Source of the DNA: Candidatus Krumholzibacteriia bacterium | GTDB lineage: Bacteria > Krumholzibacteriota > Krumholzibacteriia > LZORAL124-64-63 | Direction of reading: 5' to 3' | DNA: 64,000 nucleotides | NCBI GenBank assembly: GCA_942492615.1 | Contig: CALOFL010000013.1 | Location: 72,839-136,838, forward strand | Shown: piece by piece, positions 41,520 through 50,589 of the stretch | Layout: each line of letters begins with the position of its first letter | Numbering within the stretch: position 1 is the first letter of the stretch | Translations under genes and position numbers: made by a program | The notes under the pieces: generated by a model | Seen by the model: the letters and a program-made list of their open reading frames with translations, nothing else | Databases searched by the model: none | What the model was told of the DNA's origin: nothing

Positions 41520-42574
41520 GATATCACCTTTCGATCGGACATTCGGCCGAGCATCTTCTCGATCGCTGCAAGCACCATGCCGGGGGTCAGTTCATCCAGG
41601 CAGGGATGGCCGTCCACGGGGCACTCGGTCAGGTCGCACGGCGAGCAAGCGACACCTGTTCTGACTGCAACATGGCGGGGGCTCGCCGGGTTCCAGCCCT
41701 GCGGGTCCGTGGGTCCGAAAAGGGTCACCGTGGGAACGCCCAGACTGGCGGCCAGATGCCTGGCACCGCAATCGGTACCGACAAAAAGGTCCGCCTCCCG
41801 CAGCAGATCCGCCAGTTCCAGCAGATTGGTTGGCGGAGCGAAGGCATCGCCGGGCAATCGCCGTCGCAGAGCGGTCTCGAGATCCTCATCACCAGGACCG
41901 GTGACCAGCAGGGGATTCAGCCCACGCTCGCGCAGACGCAGCAGCAGGTCCGCGCCGTGGTGATCGGGCCAGGCCTTGGCCGGCCAGGTCGCGCTGAGCA
42001 TCACCACCACACGCCGGCCCGACGCCGCGGTCCATTGCGGCAACCAGCGCCGATAGGTCTGTCCGAGACCGGCGGTCGCCGGTTCCCGAACGCTCCCGGA
42101 AGCGAAACCATCACCCCACGGTTCAGGATCCAGCCCGAGCAGGCGCAGGGGATCGAGGAAGGCCTCGCCGGCGAAGCCGCGCAGCGGCCGCTCGGCAAGC
42201 CGGTTGCGGGGAACTTTGATGTTGTAGGCCCACGAGCGGCGTGGCAGATCATAGCCGACCCTGACGGACGCTCCGGTCAGGGCCGTCCACATCGCCGTCC
42301 GCGGATTGCCGAGCCAGTCGATGACCAGGTCGTAGCGGCGGCTGCGCAGATCACGGATCCACGACCAAGCCGAAGGCCCGGGCCAGGTCAGGATGCGGAT
42401 GCCCGGCGCCAGTCCCGCGAGCAGGGAGGCAAACGGGCGATCGACCACGAGATCGATTTCGGCCGTCGGCCAGGCGCTGGCCACCTTGAGCACCGCCGGC
42501 ATGGTGACCAGGGCGTCGCCCAGGGCCTTGCGCCGGATCAGGAGGATACGCCGGAATCGTCGCCCTTCAATCAT
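41516..42574 (-). CDS. GT9 family (heptosyltransferase-like) glycosyltransferase
   Basis: Start MIEGRRF (42574); KALGDALV, YDLVID, PAKAWP, FVGTDCGARHLAASLGVPTVTLFGPT. Confidence 0.9.
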   Translation of the reverse strand: MIEGRRFRRILLIRRKALGDALVTMPAVLKVASAWPTAEIDLVVDRPFASLLAGLAPGIRILTWPGPSAWSWIRDLRSRRYDLVIDWLGNPRTAMWTALTGASVRVGYDLPRRSWAYNIKVPRNRLAERPLRGFAGEAFLDPLRLLGLDPEPWGDGFASGSVREPATAGLGQTYRRWLPQWTAASGRRVVVMLSATWPAKAWPDHHGADLLLRLRERGLNPLLVTGPGDEDLETALRRRLPGDAFAPPTNLLELADLLREADLFVGTDCGARHLAASLGVPTVTLFGPTDPQGWNPASPRHVAVRTGVACSPCDLTECPVDGHPCLDELTPGMVLAAIEKMLGRMSDRKVIS

Positions 42575-43754
42575 GGGGCCTCCCGCCGGCGACGGAGCGT
42601 GACAAGACGCTGGCGAGCGCTTCGACGACAGGATCGCCTGCCAGGTCCGGCAAGCAGATGAATCGAGGGCAGTCGTGAAGGTCACACGGATGGCACCAGG
42701 GAGCGGTCGCCAGCACCGCATACGGGCCGGCCCCCACGTATGGGAACCAGATCGCCGGGTCCGTGGGCCCGAACAGAGCCACCGTCGGCACCGACATCCC
42801 CACCGCCGCGTGCATGATTCCCCCGTCGACGGTCACCAACGCGCGTGCGGCGCCCACCACCGCCAGGACATCGGCCAGACCCATGGTCGGCAGCAGTCCG
42901 CCGCGACCGCGGGGTACGACCGATGCGAGGTCGGACCACCGGTCACGTCCGCCCGGAGGGGTCAGGATCGCCAGCTGATCAGGCACCGCGGCCGCCAGTC
43001 GGGGCACGAGGTCGCGCCACGATTCGACCGGCCATTCCTTGCTCCGCCAGGTGGCGCCCGGGGCCAGCAACAGGAAGGGGCGCTCGGGGTCCACGCCGGC
43101 GGCGGCGCAACGGCCCTTGAGGGCTGATGACAATACCGGGACGGTCAGCTGGGGCTTGAGCCGCCTCTGTCCCACGGCAGCCTCCAACCACCCGGCGAAC
43201 GGCGAGCCGGTCTCGCGATGGACCAGCGGAACCAGACGGGACAGGTGGTCACCCAGGCCGCCGGGGGCCAGCCGCGTCAGCGTCTCCTGAGCGTCCGCGA
43301 AATCCGAAGGGAAACCTGCGTGGGTGTAGAGATGTCGCCGCACGCGCCGGGTGCCGCCGATCCGGTGCCGGATACCCGCCAGCCGGAGCAACCACGCGCT
43401 GCGCGGATTGAAAAAAAGGTCCACGGCCAGATCGTACCGCTGCCGGCGCAGTTCGCGGATCATCCCGAAGGTCCCGTGCCCGGTGTGCGGCGCGTCGGCA
43501 CCGGTCCGGCGGACCGCGGCGTCGGCGCCTTGGCGGCCGGGATCCAGCGCGTGGATCCGGTCGAGGGCCGGATGTCCAGCCAGAACCGGAGCGTGAATGC
43601 TTTCGCACAGGTAGCCGAGCGACAGATCCGGATCCCCCATCTTCAGGATCTCGAGCACGACGGTCGACATGACGATGTCCCCGAGATACCGCAGCCGGGT
43701 CACCAAAACCGAACCGACCGGATTGCCGTCCAGGACCCAGGTCACGTGCTGCAC
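42567..43754 (-). CDS. GT9 family glycosyltransferase
   Basis: RYLGDIVM, YDLAVDL, PGATWRSKEWP, VTVDGGIMHAA..PTVALFGPT. Confidence 0.9.
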   Translation of the reverse strand: MQHVTWVLDGNPVGSVLVTRLRYLGDIVMSTVVLEILKMGDPDLSLGYLCESIHAPVLAGHPALDRIHALDPGRQGADAAVRRTGADAPHTGHGTFGMIRELRRQRYDLAVDLFFNPRSAWLLRLAGIRHRIGGTRRVRRHLYTHAGFPSDFADAQETLTRLAPGGLGDHLSRLVPLVHRETGSPFAGWLEAAVGQRRLKPQLTVPVLSSALKGRCAAAGVDPERPFLLLAPGATWRSKEWPVESWRDLVPRLAAAVPDQLAILTPPGGRDRWSDLASVVPRGRGGLLPTMGLADVLAVVGAARALVTVDGGIMHAAVGMSVPTVALFGPTDPAIWFPYVGAGPYAVLATAPWCHPCDLHDCPRFICLPDLAGDPVVEALASVLSRSVAGGRPHD

Positions 43755-44353
43755 CCCTCGGGTCCGCGCGCCAGGATTCGCCCGACCGCCGCGGCGAGAT
43801 CCACGGCCTGATGGACGCGGGGATCAGCGGACCAGCGGCGTTCGGTTTCGTCACGCTGTTCGGTACCGTGACCGGTCATCACCAGGATCGCATTCAGGTC
43901 CGCTGCCCGACCGAAGGCGATGTCACTGGCCTTGTCGCCGACCATCCATGACCGGGCGGTCAGGCAGGGGAACCGGGCCGTCGCCTCGGTGAACAGACCC
44001 AGCTGCGGCTTGCGGCAGTCACACCGGTCTGCGGGAGCGTGAGGACAGTAGAAGAAGGCGTCGAAACCCGTTCCCTCCTGTTCCAGCAGGTCCTCCAGGC
44101 GCTCCATGACGGCGGCAAAGTCGTCCGGGCCGAATAGGCCGCGTCCGAGGCCCGACTGATTGGATACGCCGATCAGGCTGAAGCCCGCCCGTCGGGCAGC
44201 CGCCATGGCCGCCGCGGCGCCCGGCAGAAGCTCCACGCCGTCGGCATCCTGCAGGTAGTCCCGGTCGGCGATCACGACGCCATCCCGATCGAGGAAGAGG
44301 ATCGGTCCGGGCTCGGCTGTGCCCGCGGAACGGGACGTTTTCCAGATGGCCAT
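43742..44353 (-). CDS. gmhB: D,D-heptose 1,7-bisphosphate phosphatase (HAD IIIA)
   Basis: FLDRDGV, SNQSGLGRG, CPH..CDCRKP, MVGDKASD. Confidence 0.9.
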   Translation of the reverse strand: MAIWKTSRSAGTAEPGPILFLDRDGVVIADRDYLQDADGVELLPGAAAAMAAARRAGFSLIGVSNQSGLGRGLFGPDDFAAVMERLEDLLEQEGTGFDAFFYCPHAPADRCDCRKPQLGLFTEATARFPCLTARSWMVGDKASDIAFGRAADLNAILVMTGHGTEQRDETERRWSADPRVHQAVDLAAAVGRILARGPEGCST

Positions 44354-45465
44354 CAGGACACCTCACCGGTTCGGGACGCTCCGCCGAGGAGATCGTCCAC
44401 GGCAGTCAGGACGCTGGCGGCTCCGATCGTCTCGAGGCAGAATTGCGCCTGGTTGCAGGTCGGGCGGTAGCAGGGACGGCAATCGAAACCGTCGGCGGCC
44501 AACCAGGCGGTCGACCGTCCCCGCGGCGCGGTCCACTCCGGATTGGATGAACCGAAGATACCGACGCTGGGCGTCCCGAGGGCCGCCGCCAGATGCATCA
44601 GGCCGCTGTCGTTGCCCACGAAGGCCTGGCAGCCTTTCAGCAGGCCGACCGCGTCGAGCAGATCGGTCCGCCCGGTCATGTCGATCACCTGCGATGACGG
44701 CTCGTTGCCGGGGCCCCAGCGGAGCGCGGACCGGGCCTGCAGAGCTTCGGCGAATGCGGTGGCGCCGCCGTCCCCGAGCAGGAGCACCCGGCGCCGGCCG
44801 CCGCCGGCCGCCAGGGCGACAAATTCGGCGACACGTTCGAGCGGCCAGGTCTTGGCTTCACCGTAGGTTGTGCCGGGAGCCAGCGCCAGCACCGGCGGTC
44901 CGGGTGCAAACGTGCGCGCCGGGATCACATCCAGTCCGGGCAGCCGTGGCTCCGGGATGGCGGCGGATCCTGCAGCCAACCCGAACACCGACAGGGCCCG
45001 CTTGCCGAGCTCCACCAGTTCGGCGCTGTAGTGCACCGATCCGCGAGCCGCGACGGGCAGGCCATCGGTCAACAGCAGCGTGCGGCCGTCGCTGCGGTAG
45101 CCGATCCGGCGCGGGATTCCGGCCAGACCGGCGGCCAGCCCCGCCCGCAGCGAAGGAGGACCGAGGATCACGGCGTCGAAGTTTCCCTGCCGAAGCATAT
45201 GGGCCATCCGGATCAGCCCGAGGACCCCGCGGTGGCGTCCCTGGCGCTCGATGACATGGATCCCGGCCAGGCGGTTGTCACGGGTGAAGAGAGGCGCCCA
45301 AGCGCGCCGGACCGCCAGGTGGACCGCCAGCGGGGGCGCATCCCCTGCGTGGGCGACCGCAGCGAGCCAGGTCAGCAGCGGTGTCGTCATCACCGCATCC
45401 CCCAGCCAGTTGGGGGCCAGGACCAGCACCCGCCGGGCGGCGCCGCTCATCCCGGAATCAGTCAT
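44353..45465 (-). CDS. waaF: LPS heptosyltransferase II-like GT9
   Basis: PNWLGDAVM, RIGY, APGTTYGEAKTWP, FVGNDSGLMHLAAALG, IFGSS. Confidence 0.8.
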   Translation of the reverse strand: MTDSGMSGAARRVLVLAPNWLGDAVMTTPLLTWLAAVAHAGDAPPLAVHLAVRRAWAPLFTRDNRLAGIHVIERQGRHRGVLGLIRMAHMLRQGNFDAVILGPPSLRAGLAAGLAGIPRRIGYRSDGRTLLLTDGLPVAARGSVHYSAELVELGKRALSVFGLAAGSAAIPEPRLPGLDVIPARTFAPGPPVLALAPGTTYGEAKTWPLERVAEFVALAAGGGRRRVLLLGDGGATAFAEALQARSALRWGPGNEPSSQVIDMTGRTDLLDAVGLLKGCQAFVGNDSGLMHLAAALGTPSVGIFGSSNPEWTAPRGRSTAWLAADGFDCRPCYRPTCNQAQFCLETIGAASVLTAVDDLLGGASRTGEVS

Positions 45466-46642
45466 GACGGGATTGGTCTGTAGACGACGGAGGTGTGGCG
45501 ACGGTCGCTTCGTCCTTCACGGGATGCGTCCGGCCGGATCCGGAGATGACGGTCGAGGCCGTGCTCGTACGCCCTTCGGTCACCGCTTCGACCGCCTCCA
45601 TCAGGGTTTCGATATCGACCTTCTCCCCCTTGGTCACCCGCAGGACACGCGCACGTTTGCGGTCGCGGGGAACCCAGGTGGGCCCGTCATTCTTTGCAAA
45701 GAGTCCGATCGTCGGCACGCCCAGGGCCACGGAGAAATGGAAAAAATCGGTGTTGCCCGCTACGAACAGGTCACACTGGGCCAGCAGGAGCACCATCTCC
45801 AGCAGCGTATCGCGGGCCAGCCCCACCGGCACGTCCGACAGCTGGGTTTCGAGCTTGATCAGCCGCGGATCATCCGGGAATCCGAGTGGCAGGATCTTGC
45901 AGACGAGCTGGCTGGACAGTTGCCGCACGAGGAACTGGATGTTGTCCAGGGCAAACGAGTGGCCGGTCTTGCTGGTACCCGGATCGATCCCGATGAGCAT
46001 CTGGTCCGGGTTCGGCTTGTGGAAATGCACCTGTTGCGCCATCTGCCGGACCTTGTCCATCGGCAGCGGCCAGCGGGAGTGGAGATCCTCCGGTTCGAAG
46101 CCGAGAAACGGTACGGTCATCTTCAGCCGGTCGCCCAGATAACTGTCGTCGCCCGCGGAGGTGCGCATCTCGAAATTGATGCCGGGCCAGGAGTCCTTGT
46201 GCGACGGGCCGTAACGCAGGGCCGCGCCGCTGGCCAGGGCGGCCAGTTCCAGGCGCGGTTGCGGCGTGTGGGCCATGACCAGCGCCACATCGTACTGCCC
46301 GGTGCCCAGTTTGCGCAGCAGCGTCCCGAAGGCGGGCCGCCACGGATTCATCTGCCCTTCCTTGTAGATCATGCACTGACGGGCCAGACCGCTGGGGAGG
46401 ATGAGCGCGGCGTGCTTCTCGGGCACCAGGAAATCCATCTTCGACCCCGGATAGCGCCGCCGGATGGCCGTCAGCAGGGGCATGTGGAACAGGAACTCGG
46501 AGAGGTCGCCGCAATCGATGCAGAGGATGCGCGAATTGTCCGACATGGCGCCCGGTATCGTGAACGAGGACGTCTTGCCCTTGTTGAAGAAGGGACGCAT
46601 CAGGGAACTGATGATCTTGTGCTCAGCCAATTCCTGCCTCAC
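45458..46642 (-). CDS. Divergent GT9-fold protein (start may be M at 46547)
   Basis: ILCID..LFHMPLLTAIRRRYPGSKMD, YDVAL, DLFVAGNTDFFHFSVALGVPTIGLF; canonical GD and DSG motifs altered. Confidence 0.75.
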   Translation of the reverse strand: MRQELAEHKIISSLMRPFFNKGKTSSFTIPGAMSDNSRILCIDCGDLSEFLFHMPLLTAIRRRYPGSKMDFLVPEKHAALILPSGLARQCMIYKEGQMNPWRPAFGTLLRKLGTGQYDVALVMAHTPQPRLELAALASGAALRYGPSHKDSWPGINFEMRTSAGDDSYLGDRLKMTVPFLGFEPEDLHSRWPLPMDKVRQMAQQVHFHKPNPDQMLIGIDPGTSKTGHSFALDNIQFLVRQLSSQLVCKILPLGFPDDPRLIKLETQLSDVPVGLARDTLLEMVLLLAQCDLFVAGNTDFFHFSVALGVPTIGLFAKNDGPTWVPRDRKRARVLRVTKGEKVDIETLMEAVEAVTEGRTSTASTVISGSGRTHPVKDEATVATPPSSTDQSRHD

Positions 46643-46690
46643 TGTCCTCGGGCTCCGGCATCCCGGGGCCGATCTACCTGTGATTGCCGC

Positions 46691-49069
46691 CTACAATACG
46701 CCCGGAAAAATCGTCTCCCAAACCTCGTCCACATGGCTTACGGGAACGAACTCGATCGCTTCGCGCACCTCGTCGGGAATGACGTCCAGGTCGGTCTCGT
46801 TGACCGCCGGGATGATGATCCGGCGGACCCCCACCCGGTGGGCGGCCAGGACCTTCTCCTGCAGACCACCGATCGGCAGCACCGCGCCGGTCAGGGTGAT
46901 TTCGCCGGTCATGGCCGTGCGGCGATCGACCGACTTGTCCAACAGCAGCGACAGCAGCACCGAAGCCATGGCGATCCCCGCGCTCGGTCCGTCCTTGGGC
47001 ACCGCACCGGCCGGCAGATGGATGTGGACGTCGCGGGACTGGAAAAACTCCTGGTACTCTTCCCGGCCGCCGAAACGATGCTGCAGATAGCTGAAGGCGG
47101 CGCTTGCCGATTCCTGCATCACGCTGCCCAGCTGCCCGGTCAGTTTCAGGTTGCCCCGCCCGCCGGGAAGCGAAAGGCCTTCGATGTAGAGAATCCGGCC
47201 CCCGACCTGGGTCCAGGCCAGGCCCGTGACGACGCCGGCCTTGACGTAGGTCCGCAAGCGGTCCCCGGAGTAGCTCGGCGGTCCCAGGTATTTCTCCAGA
47301 TTGTTTGCCCCGACGGTCTGGCGCTTCTTCTTCCCCTTGGCCACCGCCGTGGCGACCTTCCGGCACACCGACCCGATCGTGCGCTCCAGGTTCCGGACCC
47401 CCGCCTCGCGGGTGTAGCACTCGATCACCTTCATCAGGCCGGCGTCCGTGAAACGGATGTACTTGCCGGTCAGGCCGTTGGCGTCGATCTGCCGGGGCAG
47501 CAGGTACCGCTTGGCGATCTGCAGCTTCTCCAGATTGGTGTAGCCGGCCAGCTGGATGACTTCCATCCGGTCCAGCAGCGGCCGCGGAATCGTGTCCAGC
47601 ATGTTTGCCGTCGTGATGAACATCACGTTGGACAGGTCGAACGGCAGCGTCAGATAGTGGTCGGTGAAATCGCTGTTCTGCTCGGGGTCGAGAACCTCGA
47701 GCAGGGCGCTGGCCGGATCCCCGCGAAAATCCTGGCCCAGCTTGTCGATTTCATCGAGCATGAACACGGGATTGTTCGTGCCGCATTCCTTGAGGCCGGT
47801 GATGATCCGGCCGGGCATCGAACCGACGTAGGTGCGCCGGTGACCGCGGATCTCGGCCTCGTCGCGCATGCCCCCGAGGGAGAACCGGAAGAACTCCCGC
47901 CCCACGGCCTCGGCGATACTGCGGCCGAGCGAGGTCTTGCCGACCCCCGGCGGGCCGGCCAGGCAGAGAATCGGCCCCCGGTGGTTGTCCTTCAGCTTGC
48001 GGACGGCCAGGTACTCGATGATCCGTTCCTTGACGTCCTCCAGGCCGAAGTGGTCGCGTTCGAGAATCTCCTCGGCCCGCTTGAGGTTCAGCTTGTCGTC
48101 GCTGCTCTGGCTCCAGGGCAGGTCCAGGAGCCAGTCCAGATAGGTCTTGCTGACGGTGTATTCGCTCGCGCCGGGGGACATGCGGCTCAGACGGTCGAAC
48201 TCGCGATCGGCCGCCGCCTGGACCTTCTCCGGGAAGTCGGCCGCTTCGATCCGCTCCCGCAGTTCATCCAGCTCGACGGAACCTTCAGCCTCTTCCCCCA
48301 GCTCCCGCTGGATCGCCTTGAGCTGCTGCCGCAGATAGTATTCCCGCTGGTCCTTGTCGATCGACTTGCGCACCCGGGTCTGGAGCTTCTGCCCGAGCTC
48401 GAGCACATCGAGTTCGTTCATCACCGTCTTAGAGAGGATCTGCAACCGCTTGCGCGGCGATTTTTCCTCGAGCATCTTCTGCTTCTCGGACACCTCCACG
48501 TCCAGGTTGGAGGCGATCAGGTCGGCCAGCCGGCCGGGGTCATCGATGTTCATCACGACGACCTTCAGCTCGTCCGAAAGAGTCTCGCTCGCGTCGATGA
48601 TCTTCAGGAAATTGTTGGCCACGCCGCGCATGTAGGCCAGGGTCCGCGAATCGTCCTGGGCCTCCTCCTCGATCAATTCGACAGCGGCCAGCATGTACGG
48701 CTCGTCGCGGATGAATTTCTTGATCCGGCAGCGGGCGATGCCCTGACCGAGCAGGCGCATGCTGCCGTCGGGAAAGCGCAGCATCTTCTGGATCTTCACC
48801 GCCGTGCCGACCCGGTAGATGAGATCGCGGTCGTCGACCTCGTCCTCTTCCCCCTCGGCGAGTTCCTTCTGGGAGAATGCGCCGAGGATCTTGTCCCCGG
48901 CCAGGCAGTCGTCGGCAAGTTTCACCAGGTTGGTGTCGCTCAGCACCAGGGGTACCATCATGGCCGGGAAAATGACGGCCTCGCTGATGGGCAGGATTGG
49001 CATTTCCTTGGGCAGGAGGATCTCCCCGCTGTAATCCAGGCCCAGAAGATCCTGACCGTTGTCCGCCAT
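46691..49069 (-). CDS. lon: Lon protease
   Basis: LON N-domain, DHFGLEDVKERI, GPPGVGKTS, RTYVGSMPG, PKDGPSAG (catalytic Ser), AMTGEITLTG..GGLQEK (catalytic Lys). Confidence 0.97.
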   Translation of the reverse strand: MADNGQDLLGLDYSGEILLPKEMPILPISEAVIFPAMMVPLVLSDTNLVKLADDCLAGDKILGAFSQKELAEGEEDEVDDRDLIYRVGTAVKIQKMLRFPDGSMRLLGQGIARCRIKKFIRDEPYMLAAVELIEEEAQDDSRTLAYMRGVANNFLKIIDASETLSDELKVVVMNIDDPGRLADLIASNLDVEVSEKQKMLEEKSPRKRLQILSKTVMNELDVLELGQKLQTRVRKSIDKDQREYYLRQQLKAIQRELGEEAEGSVELDELRERIEAADFPEKVQAAADREFDRLSRMSPGASEYTVSKTYLDWLLDLPWSQSSDDKLNLKRAEEILERDHFGLEDVKERIIEYLAVRKLKDNHRGPILCLAGPPGVGKTSLGRSIAEAVGREFFRFSLGGMRDEAEIRGHRRTYVGSMPGRIITGLKECGTNNPVFMLDEIDKLGQDFRGDPASALLEVLDPEQNSDFTDHYLTLPFDLSNVMFITTANMLDTIPRPLLDRMEVIQLAGYTNLEKLQIAKRYLLPRQIDANGLTGKYIRFTDAGLMKVIECYTREAGVRNLERTIGSVCRKVATAVAKGKKKRQTVGANNLEKYLGPPSYSGDRLRTYVKAGVVTGLAWTQVGGRILYIEGLSLPGGRGNLKLTGQLGSVMQESASAAFSYLQHRFGGREEYQEFFQSRDVHIHLPAGAVPKDGPSAGIAMASVLLSLLLDKSVDRRTAMTGEITLTGAVLPIGGLQEKVLAAHRVGVRRIIIPAVNETDLDVIPDEVREAIEFVPVSHVDEVWETIFPGVL

Positions 49070-49141
49070 GGTGCCCAGCTCCTTCCGATTCTTGGCGTCA
49101 CACGCCGTTAGCGGTAATTCCCTCGCGGGACGATGTGGCCA

Positions 49142-49576
49142 TCATTGGTCGATGGTGATTTGGCGACGGTCGTTGATCCCGCCGGGGCCCTTCACGAACG
49201 TCACGACCAGGAAGCCGCTGCGGTAGCGGGCTCGGGCGCTGGCCGGATCAACATCCACCGTGATCGGGATGCTGCGGCTGAAAGGTCCCACGTCGATTTC
49301 CATCTTGTGGAAATGCTTCTTGCCCGGCACGCTGGAATCCCTGCGGATGCCCCGGACCACCAGGCTGTTCTCGTCGGCCAGAACCTCGATCTGGGTCGGA
49401 TCCATGCCGGCCAGGTCCACCTGGACGATAAAGGAGTCTTCGGTTTCGTAGGCATCGGTCGCCGGTCGCCAGCAGAGATCCCTTTCCCCCGGGATCACCC
49501 CGCCTTTCTGGGCGTAGGAGGTCACCAGGATTTCGAAGATCTCTTCCAGCTCACCTGGTTTGTCCCGTTTGCTCAT
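49142..49576 (-). CDS. Hsp20/alpha-crystallin small heat-shock protein
   Basis: Start MSKRDK (49576); RPATDAYET, VDLAGM, GPFSRSI, ARYRSGFL. Confidence 0.88.
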   Translation of the reverse strand: MSKRDKPGELEEIFEILVTSYAQKGGVIPGERDLCWRPATDAYETEDSFIVQVDLAGMDPTQIEVLADENSLVVRGIRRDSSVPGKKHFHKMEIDVGPFSRSIPITVDVDPASARARYRSGFLVVTFVKGPGGINDRRQITIDQ

Positions 49577-49629
49577 CGGCGACCATTCTCCCTGGGTGTC
49601 GACCGAACGGTAATACGCGGCCGAACAAT

Positions 49630-49658
49630 ATGCTACCTTGCCCACCCCGGACCGTCAA
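49630..49658 (-). promoter_or_regulatory. sigma70-type promoter for hsp20-lon
   Basis: TTGACG (49658-49653), 17 bp, TAGCAT (49635-49630). Confidence 0.65.
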
Positions 49659-49752
49659 CCAAACCCATGACCGGTCGCCGATACTCGCAGCCGCGCACGC
49701 GCACCGGTGCCGGGACTTCATTGCCGGCAGAGCTTCCGATCGCACCGGCGGG

Positions 49753-49783
49753 AAAAAAAACCACCGCCCCGACACGGGCGGTG
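49753..49783 (-). terminator. Intrinsic terminator after lexA
   Basis: 8-bp stem CACCGCCC/GGGCGGTG followed by G and T8 on the minus strand. Confidence 0.88.
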
Positions 49784-49869
49784 ATTGCGCAGAACCGTCG
49801 TCAAATTGCCGCAGCGAAACCGCCGGGCCAAACGCCAAATCGGCGGTTAAGGGCCGCCAGCGCTTCCGG

Positions 49870-50481
49870 TCAGGAAAAACGGCGCAGCACCCCGATCACG
49901 ACGCCTTGGACCCGCACGCGTTCCTCGGGAAAGATCATGACCGGCACCGCGGAGTTGGCCGGCTGCAGACGGATCTGGGCGCCTTCCCGGTAATACTGTT
50001 TGACGGTCACCGAATCGCCGTCCACCAGCGCGATCACGGTTTCGCCGTTGCGCGCCATCTCGCGGGCCTCCACCACGACGGTATCACCGTCCCTGATCTG
50101 TTCTTCGATCATCGAATCGCCCCGCACCCGCAACGCGAACGTCCGCCCCTTGCCCAGCCACTCTTCCGGCAGGTTGATCTCTTCCTGGTCGGCCAGGGCT
50201 TCGATGGGCAGACCGGCGGCCACCGTGCCCAGCAAAGGGATGCTGGCCATGTTTCCGTGCCGACCATCGCGCCCGACGACCTCGAGGTCGCGGCTTGCGT
50301 TCGGTCGATCACGGCGGAGATAGCCCTTCTCCACCAGCTGGCTGACATGCTTGTGTACCGTCGCCACCGAAGACAGCCCGAACTTCTGGCCGATCTCCTG
50401 CAGGGTAGGAGCATAGCCCTTGATCTCACTGTATTCGTCGATGAAAGTCAGGATATCCGCTTGGCGTGGCGTCAGCCCCAT
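49870..50481 (-). CDS. lexA: SOS repressor LexA
   Basis: LTPRQ..GYAPTLQEI wHTH, VAAGLP cleavage site, GDSM (Ser), VTVK (Lys); AGGAGG RBS. Confidence 0.95.
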   Translation of the reverse strand: MGLTPRQADILTFIDEYSEIKGYAPTLQEIGQKFGLSSVATVHKHVSQLVEKGYLRRDRPNASRDLEVVGRDGRHGNMASIPLLGTVAAGLPIEALADQEEINLPEEWLGKGRTFALRVRGDSMIEEQIRDGDTVVVEAREMARNGETVIALVDGDSVTVKQYYREGAQIRLQPANSAVPVMIFPEERVRVQGVVIGVLRRFS

Positions 50482-50544
50482 GATCGCCTCCTGGCACGGG
50501 TTTCGGGAACGCCGCTCGTCGGCTTCCCGGCAACTACAGGCGCG

Positions 50545-50589
50545 ACATTAGACGAAAGGGCAGCGAAAGTCCAGCGAAAATTTACGAAA
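50545..50589 (-). promoter_or_regulatory. lexA promoter overlapped by four TTTCG/CGAAA direct repeats (candidate operator)
   Basis: TGGACT (50573-50568), 17 bp, TAATGT (50550-50545); CGAAA starts at 50553, 50564, 50575 and 50585. Confidence 0.6.

Noticed and set aside
45251-49111. Very long plus-strand ORFs (1286 aa here; also 11519-13984, 9151-11127, 56114-58210)
   Set aside because: Antisense shadows of lon, clpC, bamA and the C25 gene caused by high-GC codon bias; no motifs of their own.
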